From positions 2,624,001 to 2,688,000 of the forward strand of contig CBDCGL010000011.1 of the NCBI GenBank assembly GCA_965216755.1: a stretch of DNA of 64,000 nucleotides, written 5' to 3'. Below the pieces are notes generated by a model. That model saw only the letters and a program-made list of their open reading frames with translations, ran no database searches and was not told where the DNA came from. This document shows, in pieces, positions 32,212-41,469 of this stretch; the first letter of the stretch is position 1; each line of letters starts with the position of its first letter. A program made the translations under genes and the position numbers. Source of the DNA: Alphaproteobacteria bacterium (GTDB lineage Bacteria > Pseudomonadota > Alphaproteobacteria > UBA7887).

Positions 32212-33090
32212 ATGCGCATTAAGTTGAGGCCGTCCCTTTCCCGCCGGCGCCTGCTGCGCGCCGGCGCGGCGGCGACCCTTATAGCGCCGCTGGGCGCGTT
32301 CCGGTCTTTGAGTGGCGCTTTCGCGCCGTCGGCCGAGCTTTGGGATCGTTGGCTGGCCCACGACGAAGGCAATGACATCGAACCAAGCATGGCCGCTTGG
32401 GATGATCTGCTTGGCCGTTACGTGCGCGCCAGTGCCCAGGGGCCGACCCTGTTCGACTATGGCGCGGTGACCGCGGCAGACCGCGATACGATCAAGCGTT
32501 TCGTCGCCGAGCTCAGCGCGGCTCCAATGAGCGCGCTCGCCCGGCGCGCGCAGTTGCCTTGTTGGGTCAATCTGTACAACGCGCTGACCGTCGACGTTGT
32601 CTTGGACAGCTATCCGGTCGCCAGCATCCGCGATATCGACATTTCGCCGGGTTTGTTCGCCAACGGCCCGTGGGACAAACAGTTGGCCGAGGTGGAAAGC
32701 GAAGCGGTCACCCTGAACGACATCGAGCATCGGATCCTGCGACCGATTTGGCGCGATCCCCGCGTCCACTACGTGCTCAACTGTGCATCGATCGGCTGCC
32801 CCAATCTTGCCCCCAACGCGTTTTTTGGCGAAACCATGGACGCCGCCATGGACCGGGCCGCGCAGGCCTTTATCAACGATCCGCGCGGCGTCATGGTGCG
32901 CGACGGCCGGATATCGGTTTCCAGCATCTATGACTGGTTTATCGAGGATTTCGGCGGCGACGAGGCCGGTGTGTTGGCCCATCTGCGCCGCTATGCCGCA
33001 CCGGACCTCGGCGTGCAACTCGACGCCATCGGCACGCTTCACACCACCCACTATGACTGGCGCCTGAACGACACCAAACTGACCGACTAA
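32212..33090 (+). CDS. DUF547 family protein with Tat signal
   Basis: SRRRLL Tat motif; WVNLYNA, TLNDIEH.ILR, DPRVHY.LNCASIGCP, YDWRLN. Confidence 0.85.
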   Translation: MRIKLRPSLSRRRLLRAGAAATLIAPLGAFRSLSGAFAPSAELWDRWLAHDEGNDIEPSMAAWDDLLGRYVRASAQGPTLFDYGAVTAADRDTIKRFVAELSAAPMSALARRAQLPCWVNLYNALTVDVVLDSYPVASIRDIDISPGLFANGPWDKQLAEVESEAVTLNDIEHRILRPIWRDPRVHYVLNCASIGCPNLAPNAFFGETMDAAMDRAAQAFINDPRGVMVRDGRISVSSIYDWFIEDFGGDEAGVLAHLRRYAAPDLGVQLDAIGTLHTTHYDWRLNDTKLTD

Positions 33091-33179
33091 CCGCACCCGA
33101 ACACCGCGCCGATTGCCTGAAAAAACGCTCTGACGTACGCTCCCTGTTGCACAAGGGCCGCGCGGCCTTGGGGGACGGC

Positions 33180-36100
33180 GTGACGAACGCTGGGCAAATA
33201 AAACAAAGACTTGCGGCGATTATGGCCGCGGATGTCGCGGGCTATTCGCGCCTGATGGCGGCCGACGAGGCGGCGACAATCGCCATGCTCGACGCTGCCC
33301 GCGCGGTGTTTCGTAGCCAGATCGCCGATCACGGCGGCCGCGTTGTCGACATGGCCGGCGATTCCGTCCTGGCGGTGTTTGACAGCGTGGTCAGCGCCAC
33401 CCGCGCCGCAACGGCTGTGCAACAGGTCCTTGGCCAAAATGGAAACGCGCGGCCCGAGGATCGCCGGATGCGTTTCCGGATCGGCGTGAATCTGGGCGAG
33501 ATCCACGAAAAAGACGATGGCACCATCTATGGCGATGGGGTCAATGTCGCCGCGCGATTGGAGGCGCTCGCCGACCCGGGCGGGGTGATGTTGTCGGACG
33601 ATGCGTTTCGTCAAGTCGATGGCAAGGTGGAATTGGCCTTTGCCGACGCCGGCAGCCATGCGGTCAAAAACATCGCCAAACCGGTGCGCGCCTATCGGGT
33701 CGTTCTGGACGGCGCCACTGCGCCGAAACCTAAACGCAAAATCACGGCGCTGACCGCCGCCCTCGCCCTCCTGATCGTCGCGGTGGCAGGCGGCGGCGCG
33801 TGGTTTTGGCAACGAAATACCGAGGAGCCCGCCGTCACAACATCGAACGGCGCCGCTCCGGCTGGTCCAACACGGCAGGAACACGAAGCGTCCGTCGCCG
33901 TGTTGCCATTTCAAAACCTGACCACCGATCCCGCCTACGCGTTTTTGGCCGACGGCTTGCACGAAAACATCATCTCAACATTGTCCCAAGCGCGCCGATT
34001 GTTCGTGCCGGCGCGGTTCTCCACGTTGCAGTTTAGAGAGCCCGATGCCGACGTCGGCCTGATCGCGCAAACTCTCGGCGTCGCCCATATTTTGGAAGGT
34101 AGCGTTCAAGTGGCCGGCAACCGGGTGCGCATTATTATGCAGCTGATTGATGGCACGACCGGCGGTCATGTCTGGACCGAACGCTACGACCGTCCACTGG
34201 AAGATATTTTCGCGCTGCAAGACGAGATCACTTTGGAGGTGGTCAACGCCCTGCAAGTGCAACTCACCGAAGGCAGCCAGGCCGCCCGCTGGCGCGGCGG
34301 CACCACCAAGATCGACGCCTGGGCAAAATGGCAACAAGGCGTGACGTTGTATCGGAATTTCTCCGAACCGGACAACGCACGCGCGCGGGACTTGTTTGCG
34401 GAGGCCGTGGACATTGATCCGGAATTCGCGCTTGGTTGGACCTATCTCGGTTTTGCCGAAGAGTCGGCCTATCGGTTTGGCTGGAGCGACGATTCCGGAC
34501 GCCTCGCACGGGCGCGCGAATATGCGGACAAGGCCTTGGCCCTCCAAGATTCGCTTGCCGTGGCTTACAATTTGCGCGCGATCGTCCATCTCACGTCCGA
34601 CGAACATCAAGCCGCCGTCGAAGCGAGCCGCCGCGCGATCGAGGTCGATCCAGGTGGCTCGTTGGCGCACGCCATCCGCGCCGTCACGTTGATGGCCGTC
34701 GGCGACTATCAGGCCGCGCTGGCGGCAAGCGACGAGGCGTTTCGGCTCAGCCCCGTGCACCCGCATTGGTACCTGTTGGACAGAGGACACGTGCTGCTCC
34801 TGTCCGGACGAATAGACGAGGCCATGGCTCTGTTAGAGCAATACACGTCGCGGGTGCCGACCGATGACGATGGCGCCCATCTGCTGGCCATCGCCACCGC
34901 CAAAAGCGGCCGCCGCGACGAGGCCAAAGCCGCCGTCGTGCGCCTTACGAAGAGATTGCCGGGCTATTCCATCGACCTCGTCCGACGCCATGGCGAACGG
35001 GCCTGGGCCTATCAGGACCCGGCCGTCCTCGAAAGCCATCTTGACGCATTGCGCAGCCTGGGCGTGCCCGAGCATCCGCCCGGCGCGGCGGCGACGCGAC
35101 CGTCAATTGCTGTGCTACCGTTTGACAATCTGTCGGGCGATCCGGAACAGGATTATTTTGCCGCCGGGCTCACCGACGAGATCATTACCGAACTGGGGCG
35201 ATTCAATGGGGTCGCCGTGGTGCCGTATGCTGGCGCAAATAGTGGCGCGCGCGCAATCGGCCAAGAAACCAATACGGCTTTCGTGGTCAATGGCAGCGTG
35301 CGCAAGGCCGCCGACACGATCAAGGTCGCCGTTCGTTTGCTAGAATCTCAAAGTGGCGCGCAACGCTGGGCAGAAACCTACGAAAATGATTTGAAGGCGG
35401 CGGATCTTTTGGATCTGCAATACGATATCGCGCAACAGATTGTCGCAACTTTGGCCGATACGTACGGCGTGCTCAGTCAAATCGGCTTGGAGACGGTTCG
35501 AAAAAAGGGCGCGGACAGCCTTCAAGCCTATGAGTGCATTTTACGGGACAATGAGTATCGGCGCGCCAACACGCCAGAGACGCATTTGATCGCGAGAACT
35601 TGCTTGGAACACGTGGTCACGGCGGAATCGAACTTCGCGGAAGCCTGGGCACGACTGTCACATGCGTACGTGGTTGAATTCGCGCAAGGATTCAATGCCC
35701 GACCAAATCCCAGCGAAGCCCTTCAACAGGGCTACGAGGCCGCCCAACAAGCGATTGCGCTCGATCGCACCGGCGAGGTTGGCTATCTCGCATTGGCGCG
35801 CGCCCTGTTCTTTCAGCGCGAACCGGAGCGTTTCCTCGCGGCCGCGGAAACGGCCGTCGATCTAAATCCCAACAACGCGGACGTGATTGGAACCATCGGT
35901 CAATATGTCGCCAACGCAGGCCATTGGGATCGCGGTTTAGCACTCATGCGAACGGCTATGACGCTGAGTCCGTTTCACCCCAGATGGTACCATATTCCAT
36001 TCATCATAAATCACTACCGCAAAGGGGAATACCAACAGGTCGTCAACTACGCCGCGCGCGCCAACATCGAGTCTTCCTGGGCGTTGGCGGCATCATTGGC

Positions 36101-36281
36101 AAGACTAGGCCGGATGGAAGAAGCCGAACAAATGGTCGCAAAACTCGTGCGCGATCGGCCGGACCTGGCAAGGACCGCCGGACCCGAACTTAAGAAATGG
36201 TACTATTCGGAGGCACTGGCAAATGACCTTTTGCAGGGCTTGCGGCTGGCCGGCCTGGCCGTTGCTGAGCCAAGCAATTAG
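33180..36281 (+). CDS. Receptor-type class III nucleotide cyclase 1: cyclase-TM-(TolB_N-like+TPR)x2
   Basis: AADVAGYS, AGDS, GDGVNVAARLE; one TM; two (S)xAVLPFxNL modules each followed by TPR helices. Confidence 0.9.
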   Translation: MTNAGQIKQRLAAIMAADVAGYSRLMAADEAATIAMLDAARAVFRSQIADHGGRVVDMAGDSVLAVFDSVVSATRAATAVQQVLGQNGNARPEDRRMRFRIGVNLGEIHEKDDGTIYGDGVNVAARLEALADPGGVMLSDDAFRQVDGKVELAFADAGSHAVKNIAKPVRAYRVVLDGATAPKPKRKITALTAALALLIVAVAGGGAWFWQRNTEEPAVTTSNGAAPAGPTRQEHEASVAVLPFQNLTTDPAYAFLADGLHENIISTLSQARRLFVPARFSTLQFREPDADVGLIAQTLGVAHILEGSVQVAGNRVRIIMQLIDGTTGGHVWTERYDRPLEDIFALQDEITLEVVNALQVQLTEGSQAARWRGGTTKIDAWAKWQQGVTLYRNFSEPDNARARDLFAEAVDIDPEFALGWTYLGFAEESAYRFGWSDDSGRLARAREYADKALALQDSLAVAYNLRAIVHLTSDEHQAAVEASRRAIEVDPGGSLAHAIRAVTLMAVGDYQAALAASDEAFRLSPVHPHWYLLDRGHVLLLSGRIDEAMALLEQYTSRVPTDDDGAHLLAIATAKSGRRDEAKAAVVRLTKRLPGYSIDLVRRHGERAWAYQDPAVLESHLDALRSLGVPEHPPGAAATRPSIAVLPFDNLSGDPEQDYFAAGLTDEIITELGRFNGVAVVPYAGANSGARAIGQETNTAFVVNGSVRKAADTIKVAVRLLESQSGAQRWAETYENDLKAADLLDLQYDIAQQIVATLADTYGVLSQIGLETVRKKGADSLQAYECILRDNEYRRANTPETHLIARTCLEHVVTAESNFAEAWARLSHAYVVEFAQGFNARPNPSEALQQGYEAAQQAIALDRTGEVGYLALARALFFQREPERFLAAAETAVDLNPNNADVIGTIGQYVANAGHWDRGLALMRTAMTLSPFHPRWYHIPFIINHYRKGEYQQVVNYAARANIESSWALAASLARLGRMEEAEQMVAKLVRDRPDLARTAGPELKKWYYSEALANDLLQGLRLAGLAVAEPSN
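35071..35326 (+). repeat. Highly similar ~255-bp block shared with 38176-38431 (junction into second sensor module)
   Basis: Both encode HPPGAAATRPSIAVLPFDNLSGDPEQDYFAAGLTDEIITELGRFNG...VRKAADTI with mostly synonymous differences. Confidence 0.85.
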
Positions 36282-36287
36282 CGTGTG

Positions 36288-39200
36288 ATGAGTGCCCCCG
36301 ATCAATCCCGCAAACTGGCCGCGATATTGGCCGCCGATGTGGTCGGTTATTCGCGTTTGATGGCCGCCGATGAAGCGGCAACAGTGCGCGCACTGAACGC
36401 CGCGCGCGATGTGTTTCGCGATCGAATCACGCACCACGGCGGCCGATTGATCGATACCGCCGGCGACAGTGTCTTGGCGGAATTCCGCAGCGTGGTTGAG
36501 GCCGTGCGTTGCGCCGTCGCGGTCCAGGATACGATTAGCGCGCAAAATACCGATGTCGCCGACGACCGCAAAATGCGGTTTCGTATCGGCGTCAATTTGG
36601 GCGACATCATCGAGCAAGACGACGGCACGATCTATGGCGATGGGGTCAATGTCGCCGCGCGGTTGGAAGCCCTCGCCGACCCGGGCGGGGTGATGTTGTC
36701 GGACGACGCCTTTCGCCAAGTCGACGGCAAGGTCGATTTGGCCTTTGCCGACGCCGGCAGCCATGTGGTTAAAAACATCGCCAAGCCGGTGCGCGCCTAT
36801 CGGGTCGTGTTGGCCGGCACCGCCGCGCCCAAGGCCAAACGCAAAGTCGTCCCGCTGGCCGCGGCCCTCGCCCTTCTGATCGCCGTGGTGGCGGCCGGCG
36901 GATGGTATTGGGCGCAGAGCAGGCCCACCGTCGAGGCGGACACGGCATCGGTCGAGCGCATGGCCTTTCCGTTGCCGGACAAACCATCGATCGTCGTGCT
37001 GCCGCTCGACAGTTTCGGAGCGGGTCCCGAATTGGAGAGGCTTGCAGACGGGTTGAGCGAAAACATCACCGCTTCGCTGTCCCATATTCGCGGATTGTTC
37101 GTCGTCGCACGAAACTCCGCATTCACCTATAAGGACAGGGCGGTCAAGGTCCAACAAGTCGCAGAGGAACTAGGCGTACGCTATGTGCTGGAAGGGAGTC
37201 TCCAGGCCGCGGGTGACAAACTACGCGTGACCGCTCAACTCATCGATGCGCTCAGCGGCGACCATGTGTGGAGCGACCGATACGACCGTGCCGCAACGGA
37301 TATTTTTGAAGTCCAGGACGATATCACGCTCAATTTGGTTAACGCCCTTCAGGTCGCGTTAACGGAAGGCACCCATGCGGCCTCTTGGCTTCAGGCAAGC
37401 AGCCATAATCTGGAGGCTTGGCGACTATTCTGGCAGGGCTATGATTTGTACTGGCAGTTTACGCCCGACGGCAATGCGCGGGCGCGCGAGCTGTTCGAAA
37501 AAGCTGTGGCGCTTGATCCCGGGTTTCAAATTGCCGCGGCCTATATCGGATGGACTCACGCTTTGGCGGCGAACCGAGGATATAGTGGATCGCGCGACGA
37601 GTCACTCACCCTAGCCGAATCGATCGCCCGCCGCCTGATGTCTATAGACGAACCCACGGCGTGGGGATACGACCTTCTAGGCTGGATCTTGGTCAGGCGC
37701 GGCGAGTATGATCTCGGCATTGAACAGACCGAGCGTGCTCTGGCGCTGAGCCCAAATGACGCGGACATTTTGGGTGCGTTGGCTGAAAACCTTCTTCTTG
37801 CCGGCCGCTACGATGATGCGCTTACGCGCATTCGCGAGGCCATGCGCCTTAATCCGTACTACCCGCCCTATCTTCTCGATGTGCTTGCCGACATCCTCCG
37901 GCTAACGGGGCGTTACGAGGACGCGATCGCCGCCGCCGAGGAGGCACTGCCACGCTATCCGGAAAGTGAGGTCGAGCCGCTGCTGTACATTGTCTACGCG
38001 AATATGAAGCTCGGCAAGCAGGCCGAGGCACGCACGGGTGTTACGGAATTGTTGCGGCGTGATCCGACTTTCTCCGTAGCTACAGGCAAGCCCAAGATAG
38101 CCCAGCGTCAACCGTATCGGGACCCGGAGGTCCTCAATGAGCTTTTTGCAGCTTTGTCGGCGGCGGGTCTGCCAAAGCATCCACCCGGCGCGGCAGCGAC
38201 GCGACCGTCAATTGCCGTGCTACCGTTTGACAATCTCTCGGGTGATCCGGAACAGGACTATTTCGCCGCGGGGCTCACCGACGAGATCATTACCGAACTG
38301 GGGCGGTTCAACGGAATCGCCGTCGTGCCTTACGCCGGTGCAAATAGCGACGCGCGCGCAATCGGCGAGGAGACCAGCACGGCATTTGTGGTTAATGGCA
38401 GCGTGCGCAAGGCCGCCGACACGATCAGGGTGACGACGCAGCTTATCGACGCCGTTACTGGTGCCCATCTGTGGGCGGAGACCTATGAGCGCGCCCTCAC
38501 CGCCGCCAATATGTTCGCGGTCCAGGATGAGGTAACGCAAATGATCGTTGCCACACTAGCAGACGCACATGGCATCATCAACAGAGCTGGATTGGAAGCG
38601 GCGAAACTGAAGCGAACCCAGAGTCTCGAGGTGTATGACTGCATCCTCCGCGACAACGCGTATCGTCGTATGGACACACCGCAGACCCATTTCACAGCGC
38701 GAGCCTGTCTGGAACGGGCGGTCGAACTCGACCCCGGCTACGCGGAGACATGGGCGCGACTCTCTCATGCCTATGTCACGGAATATTCCGAGGCTCACAA
38801 TCCGCGCCCCGATTTGTACGACGCCCTGGAGCGCGGTCACGAGGCCGCCCAGCGCGCGGTGGAACTGGATCCGGTCAACGAAGTGGCCCGACTAGCGCTC
38901 GCGCGCGCATACTTTTTCCGACACGAACCAGAGCAATTTTTCAACGAGGCCGGGCGGGCCGTCGAACTGAATCCGAACAATGCCGACGTGATCGGCACGA
39001 TCGGCATGTACTCGGCCTATGCCGGCAAATGGGAACGCGGCCTGGCGTTGCTCGAGCAAGCCATGACGCTGAGTCCATTCTATCCGGGATGGTATCATTT
39101 CCCTGACTTCTTCGACCAATACCGCAAGGGCGAATACGAGGCAGCCCTCGCGGTCGCACAGAAGATCAACATGCCAGACCACATTAGGGCGCACGCGTTG

Positions 39201-39401
39201 CTGGCCGCTGCTTACGGCCAGCTCGAACGAGCCGACGACGCTCGGCCCCACATTGAGCGGATCCTCGCCCTCGATCCCAACTTTGAACTGACGGCACGCG
39301 AAAATCGACGGAAGTTCTTCCACTACCAGGAGGACCTACTGGACCGGTACATGGACGGTCTGCGCAAGGCGGGGTTGGCGATCCCGGAAGAAAGCCAATG
39401 A
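36288..39401 (+). CDS. Receptor-type class III nucleotide cyclase 2: cyclase-TM-(TolB_N-like+TPR)x2
   Basis: Same motifs and architecture as cyclase 1; starts within a few bp of its stop. Confidence 0.9.
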   Translation: MSAPDQSRKLAAILAADVVGYSRLMAADEAATVRALNAARDVFRDRITHHGGRLIDTAGDSVLAEFRSVVEAVRCAVAVQDTISAQNTDVADDRKMRFRIGVNLGDIIEQDDGTIYGDGVNVAARLEALADPGGVMLSDDAFRQVDGKVDLAFADAGSHVVKNIAKPVRAYRVVLAGTAAPKAKRKVVPLAAALALLIAVVAAGGWYWAQSRPTVEADTASVERMAFPLPDKPSIVVLPLDSFGAGPELERLADGLSENITASLSHIRGLFVVARNSAFTYKDRAVKVQQVAEELGVRYVLEGSLQAAGDKLRVTAQLIDALSGDHVWSDRYDRAATDIFEVQDDITLNLVNALQVALTEGTHAASWLQASSHNLEAWRLFWQGYDLYWQFTPDGNARARELFEKAVALDPGFQIAAAYIGWTHALAANRGYSGSRDESLTLAESIARRLMSIDEPTAWGYDLLGWILVRRGEYDLGIEQTERALALSPNDADILGALAENLLLAGRYDDALTRIREAMRLNPYYPPYLLDVLADILRLTGRYEDAIAAAEEALPRYPESEVEPLLYIVYANMKLGKQAEARTGVTELLRRDPTFSVATGKPKIAQRQPYRDPEVLNELFAALSAAGLPKHPPGAAATRPSIAVLPFDNLSGDPEQDYFAAGLTDEIITELGRFNGIAVVPYAGANSDARAIGEETSTAFVVNGSVRKAADTIRVTTQLIDAVTGAHLWAETYERALTAANMFAVQDEVTQMIVATLADAHGIINRAGLEAAKLKRTQSLEVYDCILRDNAYRRMDTPQTHFTARACLERAVELDPGYAETWARLSHAYVTEYSEAHNPRPDLYDALERGHEAAQRAVELDPVNEVARLALARAYFFRHEPEQFFNEAGRAVELNPNNADVIGTIGMYSAYAGKWERGLALLEQAMTLSPFYPGWYHFPDFFDQYRKGEYEAALAVAQKINMPDHIRAHALLAAAYGQLERADDARPHIERILALDPNFELTARENRRKFFHYQEDLLDRYMDGLRKAGLAIPEESQ
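36642..36853 (+). repeat. 212-bp exact direct repeat, copy 1 (copy 2 at 39752-39963), within a ~690-bp highly similar block
   Basis: Base-by-base visual comparison; offset 3110 bp. Confidence 0.9.
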
Positions 39402-41386
39402 GCGCCCCCGATCAATCCCGCAAACTGGCCGCGATATTGGCCGCCGATGTGGTCGGCTATTCGCGTTTGATGGCCGCCGATGAAGCGGCAACAGTGCGCG
39501 CACTGAACGCCGCGCGCGATGTGTTTCGCGATCGGATCACGCATCACGGCGGCCGCTTGATCGACACAGCCGGCGACAGTGTCTTGGCGGAGTTCCGCAG
39601 TGTGGTTGAGGCCGTGCGTTGCGCCGTCGCGATCCAGGATAAGATTAGCGCGCAAAATACCGATGTTGCCGACGAGCGAAAAATGCGGTTTCGCATCGGT
39701 GTCAATCTGGGCGATATCATCGAACAAGACGACGGCACGATTTATGGCGACGGGGTCAATGTCGCCGCGCGGTTGGAAGCCCTCGCCGACCCGGGCGGGG
39801 TGATGTTGTCGGACGACGCCTTTCGCCAAGTCGACGGCAAGGTCGATTTGGCCTTTGCCGACGCCGGCAGCCATGTGGTTAAAAACATCGCCAAGCCGGT
39901 GCGCGCCTATCGGGTCGTGTTGGCCGGCACCGCCGCGCCCAAGGCCAAACGCAAAGTCGTCCCACTGGTCGCAGTCCTCGTTTTGCTGATCGCGGTCGCG
40001 GGCGTCGGATGGTATTGGACGCAGAACAGACCCACCGTCGAGGCGGACACCGCGTCGGTCGACCGCATGGCCTTTCCCTTGCCACAGGAACCATCGATCG
40101 CCGTGCTGCCGTTCGACAATCTGTCAGGCGACGCGGCGCAGGACTTCATCGCCGACGGCTTGTCGGAAAACATTATCTCGGCGCTCAGCCAGGCGCGCGG
40201 CATGCTGGTGATCGCGCGAAATTCCACCTTCACCTACAAGGGCAAGCCGGTGAAGGTGCAGCGGGTCGCCGAAGACCTCGGCGTGCAATATGTGCTGGAA
40301 GGCTCGGTGCAGGTGTCGGGTGATCAGATCCGGGTCACCGCGCAGTTGATCGATGCCTTGACCGGCCGCCACATGCTCAGCGAACGCTATGACCGCGCCC
40401 TTGACGACGTGTTCGCTGTTCAAGACGAGATCACCCTCAACGTGGTCAGCGCATTGCAAGTCGAACTCACCGAGGGCACACAGGCCGTCGCATGGCGCGG
40501 CGGCACGGACAATGTCGAGGCGTGGGCCCTATTCCAACAAGCCTTGATCCTCAGCCGTCGATACACGAAAGAGGACAACACGCTTTCGCGGGAGCTGCTG
40601 CAAAAAGCAGTCGGCCTTGATCCCAGTTTTGCCCTTGCCTGGGTCTATTTGGCTTGGTCTCACTGGAGCGACGCGCGGTTTGGCTGGACCGCGGACTACG
40701 ACGATGCTGTTGACCGCATGGCTTCGGCCGCGACACAAGCCTTCGAAATCGACCCCAACCTACCGGACGTCTACCTCATTCTGGCACGCGTCGCCACCAT
40801 GAAACATCACGATCTTGGTGAAGCCCTTGGCCTTGCCCGGAAAGCGGTCGAGCTTAATCCCAACCACTCGATTGCGATCGCCGAATATGGTGTACAGCTC
40901 AGATACTCCGGGTACCCTGGGCAGGCGATACCCCAATTTCAGAAAGCCATGCGGCTCAGCCCACATTACCCAGCATGGTACGCGAATAGCCTTGCAATAT
41001 CGTACATCGATAACGGCAACTTTGACGCTGCCATTCCTCTAGGCAAGGAGTTTATCGACCGAACGCCCGGTGTTAACACATGGGGCCATGAAACGCTTTT
41101 GATGGCCTATGCGGGCCTGGAACGGCTCAGTGACGCACAAGCCGTTTTGAATCAGGCGCTGGAACGCAATCCGGACTTCTCTATCCAAGAATTACAGAAG
41201 CACTTTGATCGTGAGCCGTTCGACCGAGCCATATGGGAACGACGTGTTGCGCTTTTTCGCAAGGCCGGCGTGCCCGAGCATCCGCCGGGCACAGACAACG
41301 CCGGTCGGCATGACCTGGCGCCGGTGAATCAGGGCCCGGCCCTGGCATCCATGGATATGCTCCAAAATTCATCGATGCGACCTTGA
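39398..41386 (+). CDS. Receptor-type class III nucleotide cyclase 3: cyclase-TM-TolB_N-like-TPR
   Basis: Cyclase domain nearly identical to cyclase 2; single sensor module; ATGA overlap with cyclase 2. Confidence 0.9.
   Translation: MSAPDQSRKLAAILAADVVGYSRLMAADEAATVRALNAARDVFRDRITHHGGRLIDTAGDSVLAEFRSVVEAVRCAVAIQDKISAQNTDVADERKMRFRIGVNLGDIIEQDDGTIYGDGVNVAARLEALADPGGVMLSDDAFRQVDGKVDLAFADAGSHVVKNIAKPVRAYRVVLAGTAAPKAKRKVVPLVAVLVLLIAVAGVGWYWTQNRPTVEADTASVDRMAFPLPQEPSIAVLPFDNLSGDAAQDFIADGLSENIISALSQARGMLVIARNSTFTYKGKPVKVQRVAEDLGVQYVLEGSVQVSGDQIRVTAQLIDALTGRHMLSERYDRALDDVFAVQDEITLNVVSALQVELTEGTQAVAWRGGTDNVEAWALFQQALILSRRYTKEDNTLSRELLQKAVGLDPSFALAWVYLAWSHWSDARFGWTADYDDAVDRMASAATQAFEIDPNLPDVYLILARVATMKHHDLGEALGLARKAVELNPNHSIAIAEYGVQLRYSGYPGQAIPQFQKAMRLSPHYPAWYANSLAISYIDNGNFDAAIPLGKEFIDRTPGVNTWGHETLLMAYAGLERLSDAQAVLNQALERNPDFSIQELQKHFDREPFDRAIWERRVALFRKAGVPEHPPGTDNAGRHDLAPVNQGPALASMDMLQNSSMRP
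39752..39963 (+). repeat. 212-bp exact direct repeat, copy 2
   Basis: Identical to 36642-36853. Confidence 0.9.
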
Positions 41387-41469
41387 CTATGGGCTGTGGG
41401 TGGCCTTGAGTCTGTGCGTCGAGGCCCGACTGCGCCCCGGCCCCTCAGCCCAACAATGGATTGCAGACC

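Noticed and set aside
33180-41386. Diversity-generating retroelement explanation for the cyclase repeats
   Set aside because: No reverse transcriptase in the window; differences between copies are mostly synonymous third-position changes, not adenine-specific, and lie in the constant domain
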